Below, piece by piece: positions 12,595 through 23,961 of a DNA stretch of 64,000 nucleotides. Numbering within the stretch: position 1 is the stretch's first letter; each line of letters begins with the position of its first letter. The stretch is from Camelus dromedarius (taxonomy: Eukaryota): the NCBI RefSeq assembly GCF_036321535.1, contig NC_087437.1, positions 26,910,001 to 26,974,000 of the forward strand, given 5' to 3'. The notes under the pieces were generated by a model. The model did no database searches. It was not told where the DNA came from and saw nothing but the letters and a program-made list of their open reading frames with translations. A program made the translations under genes and the position numbers.

Positions 12595-13305
12595 GGAACT
12601 GGAACTCTCATACACTGTTGATGAGAATATGAAATAGTAGAACAGTTTTGGAAAACACCTATCATATGGCCCAGCCATTCTACTACCATGTGTGAAGCAA
12701 GAGAAATGAAGTCATTTGATGGTACAAATACTTGTACACAAATGTTTTGTAGCAGCTTTACTTTAATTGTGAAAAATTGAAAACAAACTGTCGCAGCGAG
12801 TGTGGCATGCCGTGATCGTATAGTGGTTAGTACTCTGCGCTGTGAAAACAAACCAAATGTCCATCAGTAGGTAAATAGCTAAACAAACCATCGCGTGTCT
12901 ATGCAATGGAATATTACTCAACAATAAAAAGAATGAACTGTTGGCATTGCTATAGCAGGGATGCATCTCAAATAACAATTCCCAACTAAATAAGTCAGAT
13001 GAGACAAGAATACATACTAAATGTTTCCATTATATCAAGTATTACAATGGGTAAACTAATCTATAGTGTTAGAAAGTAAATTAGTAGTAGTGTATGGACA
13101 GGCTGTAAGAGGCATAGGAGAGATGGATTACAAAGAGGTCCAGGTTAACTTTTAGATATGATGGAAATGTTCATCATCTGTATGTACAGTTGTGGAGACA
13201 TGTCAACGCTTACCAAATTATACACTTTAAATAAGTGTATCTTACTGTCTGTCAGTTATACCTCAATAAAGCTATGTTTAAAAAAGAAAAAAAGTTAAAA
13301 AAAAA
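12595..13305 (+). mobile_element. Old L1M (MD/ME-like) 3' end
   Basis: actggaactctcatacactgttgatgag...aaatgtccatcag...ttatacctcaataaagct followed by an A-rich tail. Confidence 0.8.
12789..12844 (+). pseudogene. Tailless retrocopy of the 5' half of tRNA-His(GUG) with a 20-nt upstream extension
   Basis: 12809-12844 gccgtgatcgtatagtggttagtactctgcgctgtg matches the first 36 nt of vertebrate tRNA-His and ends at the anticodon. Flanking repeat tgaaaacaaac at 12778-12788 and 12843-12853. Confidence 0.9.
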
Positions 13306-13362
13306 GTTTGATTCTGGTATTAGAAAAATTAATTGATCCAACAGTTAAATCTATAGCATCTT

Positions 13363-13506
13363 TTTTTTTTTTTTTGGTAGGAGGGATGGTAATTAGGTTG
13401 GTTTGTTTGTTTGTTTATTCATTCATTTTAATGGAGGTGTTGGCGACTGAACAAGGATCTCGTACATGCTAGGCACACACTCTATCACTGAGCCAAACCC
13501 TCTCCC
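13363..13506 (-). mobile_element. tRNA-derived SINE (Vic-1-like)
   Basis: PolyT, ggtaattaggtt and a degenerate tRNA head. Perfect 17-bp TSD taaatctatagcatctt (13346-13362 / 13507-13523). Confidence 0.9.
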
Positions 13507-14929
13507 TAAATCTATAGCATCTTATTAGCATTTATTTATTCCCTTGCTAAACATAACAATCGTGTCCTAAACCATAAAGCTGCAGCCAGTACTAAGGTTG
13601 CTCCCTGCCCTAGAATGCTGGGAAACCGCAGGGGAGAACTACCTCATGAGTAAGTCCGTGCCTGGGAAGCTCACTCCTCTGTCTGCCTCACTATGTATCC
13701 GCTTTTGGATGACGACTGCTCTGTTCCATGCCAAGTGTCTTAGCTCATAATCGCCACACACATTTGAGGTTATTATTTGATGTTTCTGGTATTATTAAAC
13801 ACGTAATATACAAACTTGCTCCTCGTGGACTGAAGGCCAAGAGAAAAATGTCTCCAATGACAAATAGTCTTGGAGTTCAAAAGCTTTGTGCAAATTAAAA
13901 GAGCAGAATGGCTGAACGAGTCAACATAAAAATGAATGATTGTACTCATCAGGTTCTAGAAAAATCAGCAGAGAGCTACCAAACAGGATATAATTAAGGA
14001 TTTTTAGAGCATCTAAATCAAGGATATATGGAGACCATAAAACATTTGGATGGTTTGTGTACTTCTTTCTTTTGTTACAGTGTTCTCATATAAAAAATGG
14101 GATTTTTAAAAAATATTATGCTATGAGGCAACAGATAGCAACAGATCTGATATTTTATCCCATATAAAATTTTACCCCCCTAACAGTATTGCAGCTATGA
14201 AGCTATGTGATAAAATAACCCTAAAATGCTGTTTTTAAGAATTTGTTTTTATGTCACATTTTATAACAAAATATAAAATGGAAACATTTTACTTAATCTC
14301 ATTATGCTTTCTTTGCTCCTTGTAAAATCTGATGATTTAATTTCCCACTCTTATTATTCTTCCTGTTATAAAGATTTTAAAATGCAATAAATTAAATTTA
14401 TATCATTTCTTACAGTATTCAGCTGTTCAGGAGACATCGTTTTGCTGTCTCTTTTAATCCAAGCACACATTGTCTGCGTTGAGTACTTGTGGCTATTCAG
14501 TCAAAATATGTTCTAATTTTAAAAGTGTTCTGAGATCAAATAAGCTTTGTAAAGATTAAACATTTAAAACCTGCTAGTGTTCAAAAGAATCGGTTAGCTA
14601 TGCAATGACAGAAAAATAACCATGATCTATTGTCTACTGAAAAATTACAAAATAACATCAGTAATAATTTTGTTGTTTAAAGGCTTTTTATATGTATACC
14701 AAAAAGTCAGCAAATATCCTCCAAATTGTTAGCAATGATGACCTGGGGAATTTTATTTTTAATAACAATCAACTGGGAATGTAGTTTTAGCAGCAGCAAA
14801 AACTTAAGTCAATTTTGATCGTTACTTTCAACAGTGGAGTCTCCACCCCATCAATGTATTTGAAATTTGCCTGGTTTAGTCATGAAGGGATTGGAAAGCA
14901 CCTCCTCCAAACTCCCTGAATCCAGGAGC

Positions 14930-15100
14930 TGCCCTCCACCACCTCCCAGAGCCCCGCCCCGGGTCTAAGTGTCAAGACACGCGAGGTGCATTCAGTTAGC
15001 ACTTCCCGAGCGGCTGCTGTGCGCTGAAACTGAAGGGCTGTGCAGGGCCGCGGAGCCAGCCACTCAGAGGAGAATCGCAGCCTCAGCTGACTCAGGATGA
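14930..15100. promoter_or_regulatory. Candidate CpG-retaining regulatory element
   Basis: GC box GCCCCGCCCC at 14951-14960, a local CpG cluster, and an AP-1 site TGACTCA at 15088-15094. Confidence 0.45.
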
Positions 15101-15451
15101 GCTCTCTGTGTTCTGATTTGCTTATTTCCCTGCCTTAGACTCGGTCTCTCTGTCACACTGTTTCTGCTCTGTAAAATTGTTCTGTTCCCCAGTTCCGTTC
15201 TACAGACTCTTTATCTCTTGGTCAAGTTATCTCCCAAGCTTGTCTGATCACAAGAATCAGCAGAGATGTTTGCTAAAAATTAGGTTCCAAACCTCTACCC
15301 AGACCTGCTCACTTAGAACCTCTGAGGTACTTTTAAAGTCACCTGGTGAATCTTAGGATCAGGTAAATTTGAAAAACATTGCCTTAGTTAAGTGAGTATC
15401 TAACAGAGTCGTAAAGTTTTATAACCAGATGCATCCTAGAGATATTATAGG

Positions 15452-15634
15452 CCAGTGGCTCTAAACTCTAGCATTCATCAGAATCACCTGGAGCATTTGC
15501 TAAACTACAATTGTGGGGCTCACACTCACTTTCTGAGGCAGTAAATTTGGGGTGGGATTGAAGAATTTGCCTTTCTAACAAGTTCTCATATGATGCCACT
15601 GCTGGTCTGAGGATGACACTTTGAGAACCACTGC
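15452..15634. mobile_element. MER5A (hAT-Charlie)
   Basis: cagtggctctaaactctagcattcatcagaatcacctggagc...cactttgagaaccactg. Confidence 0.85.
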
Positions 15635-15639
15635 TCTAG

Positions 15640-15868
15640 TCCAGTTGCTTTCAACTTTCTTTTAAGCACAAGTCACAATAGGAGATACATTTTACATCAA
15701 AATGCAGGATTCACGCATGTATTCATCTGAAAAGTTTCATAGAACAATACTTAATTCTTACTAAGAGCAATGCACTCTGATATTTTATACTTTATTTCAC
15801 TTCTTTAAAATTCCCTAAATGGGTTGCACAACCCAACAACAGGTTGCAACCAGCAATTTGAAAAAACT
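15640..15868. mobile_element. hAT-Charlie family remnant
   Basis: ccagttgctttcaact...gggttgcacaacccaacaacaggttgcaaccagcaatttgaaaaa. Confidence 0.55.
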
Positions 15869-16329
15869 CTGAAAGTCGCCTAATCTTGGAAAGGTATTTA
15901 TCTGTAATCTCCACACTTTTTTAAGCATATGCCATTAAGAGTGAAACATTTTTGAGCATGCACTCCCAAATTTTGTACAATTATAAATTATATACTTGTA
16001 CGCTGTTGATCCATATATCAAATATTAGTAAAGCTTCATATCGTTTCTTACATTCCAGGTGGAAAAAATGTAAATAAAGGTTCTAACATTTCTACCAGCT
16101 CCCTCATGGATCATCTTTGCACACGCTCCACCTTTGAGACAGACACCAGAGACATTGAAGGAGAAGCCCCAGGTCACACAGCTGACCTCCGGTGAGGCAA
16201 TTTTGGTTTTGTTTAAAAGCTCTTAAAGTAAGTAGATACTTATTAAATTACAAAATTAAATTTTTTGCTCCATTTTTTAAATCCCCAAGTGATACAGAAA
16301 AAAATATGAATACTGTTACATTTTTGTCA

Positions 16330-16746
16330 AAAGTCTACCGATATTCCTATGATGTAATTTCACAGAAGCCTCAGAATGGTGGTGATTCACGGTACCTACG
16401 AGATGGGCTTTTCTCGAACAGTGAAACCGGTTCCAACACCCCCATTACTTTCTGATTACAGTGACAACCCTGCCAGACGGTCTGCACAGCGAGACCTCGT
16501 GGGGAAGTTCTGCCCCTAATTTTATTGTGTCCAGTTCCTGGTAAATAAAGAGAAGTAAGCTGCAGACACAGGACCATTTCCCCCTCTTTGTGGTGAGCGA
16601 TAGTGACTGAAATTTTGGATCCCTCAAGAGGCAGGAAATAGGGTCTGCTGTTCCCCAGAGGGAAGTTTTGTCTCTGTTCCCATCACAGAACATCTTCACA
16701 AGGTTCTGATTAGACAGTATGCGTGTGACCCTCTTTGGCTCACTCA

Positions 16747-16794
<48 letters not shown>

Positions 16795-17460
16795 AACACA
16801 CACACACACACACACACACACGTAGACAATAGGTTTGATTGGCAGCAAGTTTCAGAACAATTATATGGCCACTAGAATGATTATAACTTCCAAATAATAT
16901 GAAATGAGAAAGCTCCAACTTAAAAAAAAAAAAAAAAGACATAAGCCTACCTGACTGCTTCTGCAAGTTAAATACCTCGACCCCAAAGACAGCACTTCTA
17001 AAATTACAAAGAGGGAACTTAAAAATGCAAGTGATTTCCTTACTTGGGATGGGAAAATCTTTCAAGTTGGATGGAAAAAGAAATATTCATTTTAAAATTA
17101 AACTTCAAAGTTTGCAAATAAAAGCAGACCCAGTTCCTAGTTCAGAAAGGGGGATGCCTGGGGGCTTATCAGCCTTTGAAAGAGCTCTGTGGGGTTGCTG
17201 ACCCGGATACCCTTGGTGCACAGGGAGGAGAAGAAGGAGCAAAACGGTGCTGGCCCCGAGACAGACAATCAGACTTGGCTCCCTCTCCATGCTTCTAGCT
17301 CACACTCCAGCCCAACCTTCAACCGCGGCTGTTTCACTCTGTGTAGGCCTGTCTGTGTCTGCTTTCTTTTCTTCCTCTTTTTTTGTTTTTTTTTTGCTGC
17401 TGTTTTTCTCTATTTCATCTCACTCACCCTCTCACTGGCCATGAGGTAGCACAAAACTGT
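16330..17460 (-). promoter_or_regulatory. Candidate promoter / alternative first exons of an unidentified gene
   Basis: No recognisable transposon. Clustered ETS/PU.1-like sites (GGGGAAGT 16501, AGAGGGAAGT 16657). Minus-strand donor-like sites after 17044 (CAA|GTAAGG), 16951 (CAG|GTAGGC) and 16396 (TAG|GTACCG). Confidence 0.4.
16746..16821. repeat. Compound (TC)n(CA)n microsatellite
   Basis: Direct reading. Confidence 0.97.
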
Positions 17461-17730
17461 ATTTATTTTTGTTAAACTCATTTAAAACATACAGGTTTCC
17501 CAACTGTAGTTGTAAAAGCCATTGGTTTGAATGTACTAGGTTCTCTTGGAAAAATCGTGTTTCTTTTAAATTTGCATGTGGCCTCTGATCTGTAGTTTTA
17601 TTCCTTAGGAGGTCAGTGGCTCACTCACAAGAGGGGAAAAAAAAAAAATCCTTGCCCCTGAGTTAGCTTAAGGAATCGCTCAAATTCGGTCTAAAGCCAA
17701 CACAGGGAATGCCTTCATTAGCTTTGTGTT

Positions 17731-17749
17731 GTCTCCACCTGGTGGTTGA
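17731..17749 (-). promoter_or_regulatory. CTCF-like motif
   Basis: The minus strand reads CAACCACCAGGTGGAGAC, close to the CCACCAGGTGGCGC core. Confidence 0.45.
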
Positions 17750-17839
17750 AAATCAGAACACAAGCCCTTAATAGAACTGGAAAAAATTACTCATTTCGGT
17801 TCCTCCCTGCAAATACAGAATCCACAAATAATGAGAATT

Positions 17840-17960
17840 GACTGTGTTTCTTTAATGTCAGTCTCCCTGCTGAACTGTAAGCTGCATGAGGGCAGGAACT
17901 GTGGCTTGTTCACTGCTATTTCCTCAGGGCATAGGCTTTATCTATAGTAAATAATAAATA
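17840..17960 (+). mobile_element. L2 3' end fragment
   Basis: gtctccctgctgaactgtaagctgcatgagggcaggaactgtggcttgttcactgct. Confidence 0.7.
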
Positions 17961-18149
17961 AATAAAAACCAGTACATAAAATGAATAAAAACCAAGATGT
18001 GAAAAGCACTTTATGTAGTTTCATTTCCATTGCCTTTACTTGCCCTCCTATTGTTCTTGTTCTTTTAATACACTATAATTATACTTTTCATATATTCTTC
18101 TTTATTCATATTTTAATATTAAAGAGAAATCTAAATGAATCCTACAACC

Positions 18150-18957
18150 AGATGGCATCCTGTGTTCACCGTCATCCAGGAGGCATCTATGATACGGTTG
18201 CCATCACCTGTGCCTTCATGTACTTGGTTGTGGCTGTCCATATTCTCTTTTGTTGAGTTGTGTGCATGGTCCTGTTGGATGTGTTCAGCTTTATTGCCCT
18301 TTAAAATATCTTCAAAAATGTTTACACTCTGATTCAATATTGAAACAAAAAGACACCATTTACAAAGAAAGCCTTAGTAGCAAAGGTGTGGTAGTTAAGT
18401 TTGATATTTGTAAAGCAAATATATGTTGAAGGAATTACTGCAACTCTATGCTTTTTTTGCAAAGCGGCAAGCAAGTACTTTATGAGACCTAAGACAAGAA
18501 GTCAGGAGTAGGTGACGAGGAGCTGCATTTAGTTAAGGAAATATATGTGCAAAAGATTGCCTGTCACCTTGCTACTCAGCGAGTGGTGTGCAACCAGCAG
18601 CAGCTTCTGGGAGCTTATTAGAACTGTAGAATTTTAGCCTGATCCCAGACCTTCTGAATCAGAATCTACAGTTTAACAAGACTCCCACGTGATTCATGTG
18701 CCCAGTCAAGTTTGAGCAGCACTGCCATTACGTGCCAAGAACATGCACCTGAGTGCATCTGGAGAGCTTGCCAAATCCTTCAAAACAGATGAAACAATTA
18801 TCAGACATGAGAGATTAATGTGACCAATTATTGTGTAAGGACTTCAGCTGAGACCCTGTGTCATAGTTTAAGTGGCAGCATTCTTTTTTCTTCTTAGTGA
18901 TACATAATATATTGGCTCTTCCTACAATTAGTGGCATCTTAGACTTGATACAGCAGT
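18150..18957 (+). mobile_element. Kanga-like TcMar-Tc2 DNA transposon remnant with decayed transposase N-terminus
   Basis: From ~18305 the sequence follows a recalled pogo/Tc2 transposase start (SSK..HSDS.LKQK...KFDI.KANI...). The 3' end ggcatcttagacttgatacagcagta resembles the Kanga/MER104 TIR. Confidence 0.65.
18566..18724. mobile_element. MER5-family element nested in the Kanga remnant
   Basis: gctactcagcgagtggtgtgcaaccagcagc...tctgaatcagaatctacagtttaacaagactccc...tttgagcagcactg. Confidence 0.8.
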
Positions 18958-19470
18958 ATCGGTTCAAGACATTTCTTTGGCTCTAACTTATCATAGTCAC
19001 GTGTATGGAGACCCAAGAGGGGAGAATTTGTCACAATTTACAGTCATTCAAGCAGCAAGCTCTCAAGTCAATAATGGTTTTCAGTTTCAGCTCTTGGGAA
19101 AGCCCAGACTAAAGCGTCAGTGAAGCAGAGAGAGAGGGACAAAGGGCTCTTCTTTGGGGAGAAGGAAAGTAATAAGCCACGTCTTCACAGGTGATCGAAG
19201 TGCATGAAAAAAATCCTACACTGTCCGCGGACTGATTGGGGATTCGAAAGGAAGGGAGACAGACGAGAAATAACGTGCAAGAATACTCTTCATTTTGAGA
19301 GGTAAATTGCCTTTACATCTTTCTGTTAAAAATGCTTGATATTCTTCATTCTTCAGCATACTGGTCCACAATAGGGACAGTAAGTAAAAATGAATAGAAT
19401 CGGGGAGAAATGCAACAATTTGTTCAATATTCACAACATTGATTGTTTTTCTTAAGCATCTCTAGGGTTT

Positions 19471-19639
19471 CTTTTTGTTTATTGAAGTATAGTCGATTCA
19501 CAATGTTGTATGAATTTCTGGCGTGCAGCTTAGTGATTCAATTACACATATACATATTCCTTTTCATTTCTTTTTCATTATAAGCTATTACAAGGTATTG
19601 AATACAGTTCCCTGTGCTATACAGTAGGACCTTGTTGTT
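19471..19639 (-). mobile_element. Short L1 3'-terminal fragment
   Basis: tttattgaagtatagtcg...ccctgtgctatacagtaggaccttgttg, flanked by gcatctct on both sides (19456, 19640). Confidence 0.85.
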
Positions 19640-19754
19640 GCATCTCTGAGTTTTTATAGGCTCATACATAAGTAAATGCCAAATGTATGCCAATATACTC
19701 ATTTCAAGCCATTAGATATGTTACCTGATATTACAGAGGCTAACTTAAACCCAT

Positions 19755-19960
19755 GGGCTCTGGAACTACCAGGGTTCAGAGCCCAGCACCAGCACTTTCT
19801 CACAGAGTGACTTGGGGAAAGATAATTAACTTCTGGGACCCAGTTTCCCCATTTGAAAATAGGAAAAACAAAAGCTGCTATAAAGACAAAATAAGTAAAG
19901 CCTTGGGAATAGTGTCATAGTATGTGGCCAATAACTATGAGACGTGGTTCTGATATTAAT
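19755..19960 (+). mobile_element. MIR
   Basis: gggttcagagcccagcacc...gtgacttggggaaag...cagtttccccatttgaaaatagg. Confidence 0.6.
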
Positions 19961-19977
19961 ACCATTATCATTGCACT

Positions 19978-20150
19978 TTAATTCTCAAAGTGTAGCCCAT
20001 AGACCAGCAGCACTGATTTGTTAGATATGTGAGTTCTCTGAGCCCAGCTCCAACCTACCGAAGCAGAAACCCTAGGAGGCATGCCTGCAGTCATTAGTTT
20101 CAACATGCTCTTCAGGTGATTTTATGCGGGCTACAGTTTGAGAACACCTG
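19978..20150. mobile_element. MER5A-like
   Basis: ttctcaaagtgtagcccatagaccagcagca...caggtgatttt...agtttgagaaca. Confidence 0.75.
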
Positions 20151-21485
20151 CCGCAGGCGAACAGCCCTGTGGTGGTGGTGACCTAAAGTCTGGGTTCCTG
20201 ACTCTTAAGCTCTTTAGCTGTTAAGGAAAGAGCCAGTGGAGGCACCGAGTCGATTTGTAATCTTTGGCAGGCCCACTCTGAAGGCTTGATAACGCTGTAC
20301 TTAAATTGGAATGAGCAGGTCGCAGTAAGGATCAAGCAACACAAAGAAGAGAAGCCCAGGGAACAGGAAAGCAAAGTCCTGGATAAAGTGCTTACAGGGC
20401 AGCCAGAGGAGAAGCTTGGACGGCAAGATTCTAAGAATAACACATGAGCGTGGGGCACGTGCTCCAGTGAATAATCAGCTACGAACAAGAAGGCAAAATG
20501 AGCCAGAGAAAAGATGATATGGCCTGCGATGTCAAGCTGGCTGAGTTGTGAAATACAACACTTCACTCGGATGCAGTGAGACACTGGGCACTACTGTGCA
20601 TTCTGTTTAGTTATTCCCTAGGGACAGTACCTTTAAAATCTAGGATGTCAACAATCAAGATATTGACAAGGTCTGTAGCTCAGTGCAACGGCCGCTTGCA
20701 TTTGTTACCTTCTGGGGTTGAATTCCCTCCTGGAAATTTGGAGCTAGTTTTCTTGGTTGTTTGACCAGGTATGCCCAGGCCTTGGCTGCCAATCCTTTGA
20801 TGCATCTGATCTTTATTTGCTCCGCTTGGCAATGATGAAGGATGCTCATTAGAAGTATTTTAAAGCAGCAAAGTATGGTTTTCTGAACTTTAAACATAGC
20901 TAAGGAGTAAATGAGAAACTCAAAGTCACATGTCCAAATGCTGCTTGTTCATTTTTTGTAGTCTTAGAGAAAATTTTGCCTTGTAGCAGGTCAGTTTCAC
21001 TAAAGGGGATTGAGAAGGCATTCCCACCCCTCTTCCCTCTTCCCTCTTCCCCTCCCTCTGGCCCCAGGCCAGGACTCACCTTCTCTCCTTATATCCTGTT
21101 AGATCTGGAGATTTCACTGATTAAACATAAATCCCAAAGGACAATGAAAATGCTTGCCGGACTAAATTGATCACACAACACTTTGCACACATGCAGTGTT
21201 ACATAAAATCTCAACTAGAAAGAAATAGTATTTCTGATAAGTGGCTATATTTGATGCTGCCCCATAACCGTTTACTCTGTTCTCAGCTGAACTGTCTCAG
21301 GCCTGCCGGGTGATTCATATTTAGTTAGACAGTAGGCACTGAAGAACTGGGGACTATACAAGGAGTGTAATGCAAGTGATCCGAGAGTCACAAAATTTAA
21401 CACATTGTACTAGGAAAGACTTTCTTCTAAGACTGTCTAGCTGTTTAGACTAAATACACAAATACCTGAAGTGGTCCATAATCCC

Positions 21486-22520
21486 TTTTTTGTTTTTAAA
21501 TATATTTTTACTGAAGTATAGTCAGTTTACAATGTTGTGTCAATTTCTGGTGCACAGCACAACATTTCAGTCATGTAGGAACATACATATATTCGTTTTC
21601 ATATTCTTTTTAACCATGAGTTATTATAAGATATTGAATATAGTTCCCTGTGCTATACAGTATAAACTTGTTGTTTATCTATTTTATGTATAGTAGTTAG
21701 TATCTGCAAATCTCAAACTCCCAATTTATCCCTTCCCACCCCCTTCCCCACTGGGTAACCATAAGCTTGTTTTCTATGTCTGTGAGTCTATTTCTGTTTT
21801 GTAAGTAAGTTTGTCTTTTTTTTTTCATGTTCCACATATAAGTGATGTTATATGGTATTTTTCTTTCTCTTTCTGGCTTACTTCACTTAGAATGACAATC
21901 TCCAGGTCCATGCATGTTGCTGCAAATGTCATTATTTTTTATGGCTGAATAGTATTCCATTGTATAAATATACCACAACTTCTTTATCTAGTCATCTGTC
22001 GATGGACATTTAGGTTGTTTCCATGCCTTGGCTATTGCAAATAGTGCTGCTTTGAACATTGGAGTGCATGTATCTTTTTGAATTAAGGCTCCCTCTGGAT
22101 ATATGCCCAGGAGTAGGATTGCTGGATCATATGGTAAGTCTATTTTTAGTTTTTTGAGGAACCTCAATACTGTTTTCCATAATGGCTGCACCAAACTACA
22201 TTCTCACCAACAGTGTAGGAGGGTTCCCTTTTCTCTACAGCCTCTCCAGCATTTATTGTTTGTGGACTTTTGAATGATGGCCATTCTGACTGGAATGAGG
22301 TGATACCTTATAGTTTTGATTTGCATTTCTGTGATAATTAGTGATATTGAGCACTTTTTCATGTGCCTATTGGCCATTTTATGTCTTCATTGGAGAACTG
22401 CTTGTTTAGATCTTCTGCCCATTTTTGGATTGAGTTGTTTTTTTCTTATTAAGTTGTATGAGCTGTTTATATATTCTGGAAATTAAGCCCTTGTCAGTCC
22501 CATCTTTTGCAAATATTTCT
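21486..22520 (-). mobile_element. 5'-truncated L1 (ORF2 C-terminus + 3'UTR)
   Basis: ORF 21988-22194(-) [24 protein letters not shown]; close paralogue of 520-1848. Confidence 0.92.
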
Positions 22521-22614
22521 CCTGTTTTTGTTTTTTGTTTTTTTTTTTTGCATAATCCCTTTTCTATTTCTTTTTCCTTCAAATATATGTTGTCCTCAAA
22601 TCACAAAAGTATTC

Positions 22615-23075
22615 TGCATAGCAAAAATAATCCAAAAAGTCAAAAAGTGGAAGCAATCCAAGTGCCTATCAGTGGATGAATGGATAAACAAAATATGGTA
22701 TATACACATAATGGAATATTATTCAGCCTTAAAAAGGAAGGAAAATTTCGCACATGCTACAACATAGATGAACATTGAAGACACTATGCTAGGTGAAATA
22801 AACCAGTCACAAAAGGACAAATGCTAAAATGATTCCACTTATATGAGGTTTCTAAATTTGTCAAATTTATAGAAACAGAAAATAGAATGGTGGTTGCCAG
22901 GACCTGGTGGGGAGAGGGGAATGAGGAGTTATTTAATAGGCACAGAGTTTCAGTTTTGCAAGATGAAAAAGTTTCACAACAATGTGAATATACTTATTAC
23001 TAAACTGTACACTTAAAAATGGTAAAGATGGTAAATTTATGCTATGTTTTTTCATACAATAAAAAAAATTAGTTT
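22615..23075 (+). mobile_element. L1MB-like 3' end
   Basis: aagtggaagcaatccaagtgcctatcagtggatgaatggataaac...gtacacttaaaaatggt. Confidence 0.85.
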
Positions 23076-23935
23076 TCCCCTAAAAAAAAAGGCTAAATGA
23101 TAAGTTATGTTACACTGTGGATTTTACCACAATTAAAAATAAAAAGGAAATGCAAAAAAATAAGAGAAACAGTCCAAAAGACTAAAGTGTTACTCAGATA
23201 AGAACCCTACACTTTTATTTCCTTATAATCAGATCACAAAATAGTCCTATTGGACAGTAGCTATTTATGACATAACACTTTAATTTTACTAAGAAAAAGC
23301 TGAAGCCCAGAAGGAGTAGTTGTCCTGTCTGAGGTCACCCAAAATATAACCTAGGTAGTCTGCCTCAACATCTGCTTTCTTAAATGCTGAACTAAACAAC
23401 TCTTTTTCAACTGAGAAAGAGAGAGGAGTTTAAAAAGAAAAAGCTCCTTGTCAATCCAGGGACACCACTGCTGCCTACAGATGGGCAGGGCGGGGGGACT
23501 CCCCCAGACCCCGTGTGTACAGCTAATGTCTGGACGAGTGTGCAAGATTACCCCATGAGGGGTGGTGAGCAGCTGCTGCTGTCAGGTCCGAGAAGCAGCC
23601 AAGGAGGGATGGCCTCGAATTTCATCAGATGGATTGGGGGTGGATGTTTGCAAGAAATTTCTGCCTGCGAAATTAACAAATGAAGGGTTCTGGAAGGTGG
23701 TAGAATTCTCCAGAATAGTTTTTCTGAAATGTTGTTGGTGCAATCCTGAGCAAGGTCAAAAGGATGAGGGGGAGAGCATTCATCAAGGTCTCCTTTAACT
23801 CTGTGGCTCTTTTGTTAACTAAGATTATTTGAACTCTCAGGAACTTGAGATGAGGTCAACAGGAGCCTCTGTGGTTCCCAATTCCCCTGAGAACAGGGAA
23901 GAAGAGATGAAATGTGGGCAAGAAAGGCTACCACA

Positions 23936-23961
23936 GTGTGTGTGTGTGTGTGTGTGTGTGT
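23936..23961. repeat. (GT)n microsatellite
   Basis: Direct reading. Confidence 0.95.

Noticed and set aside
12809..12844. Functional tRNA-His gene or retroviral PBS
   Set aside because: Only the 5' half is present (no B box or T arm), and a PBS would match the tRNA 3' end.
12447..13305. Twin-priming inversion of an old L1
   Set aside because: The orientation fits, but the pieces are far apart in L1, heavily decayed, and no TSD is visible.
16445..17065. 206-aa minus-strand ORF
   Set aside because: Non-ATG start; it reads through polyT and the CA/TC microsatellite (VCVC, ERER) and has no recognisable domain.
20183..20584. 133-aa ORF in unique sequence
   Set aside because: Non-ATG start, no recognisable homology and no convincing splice context.
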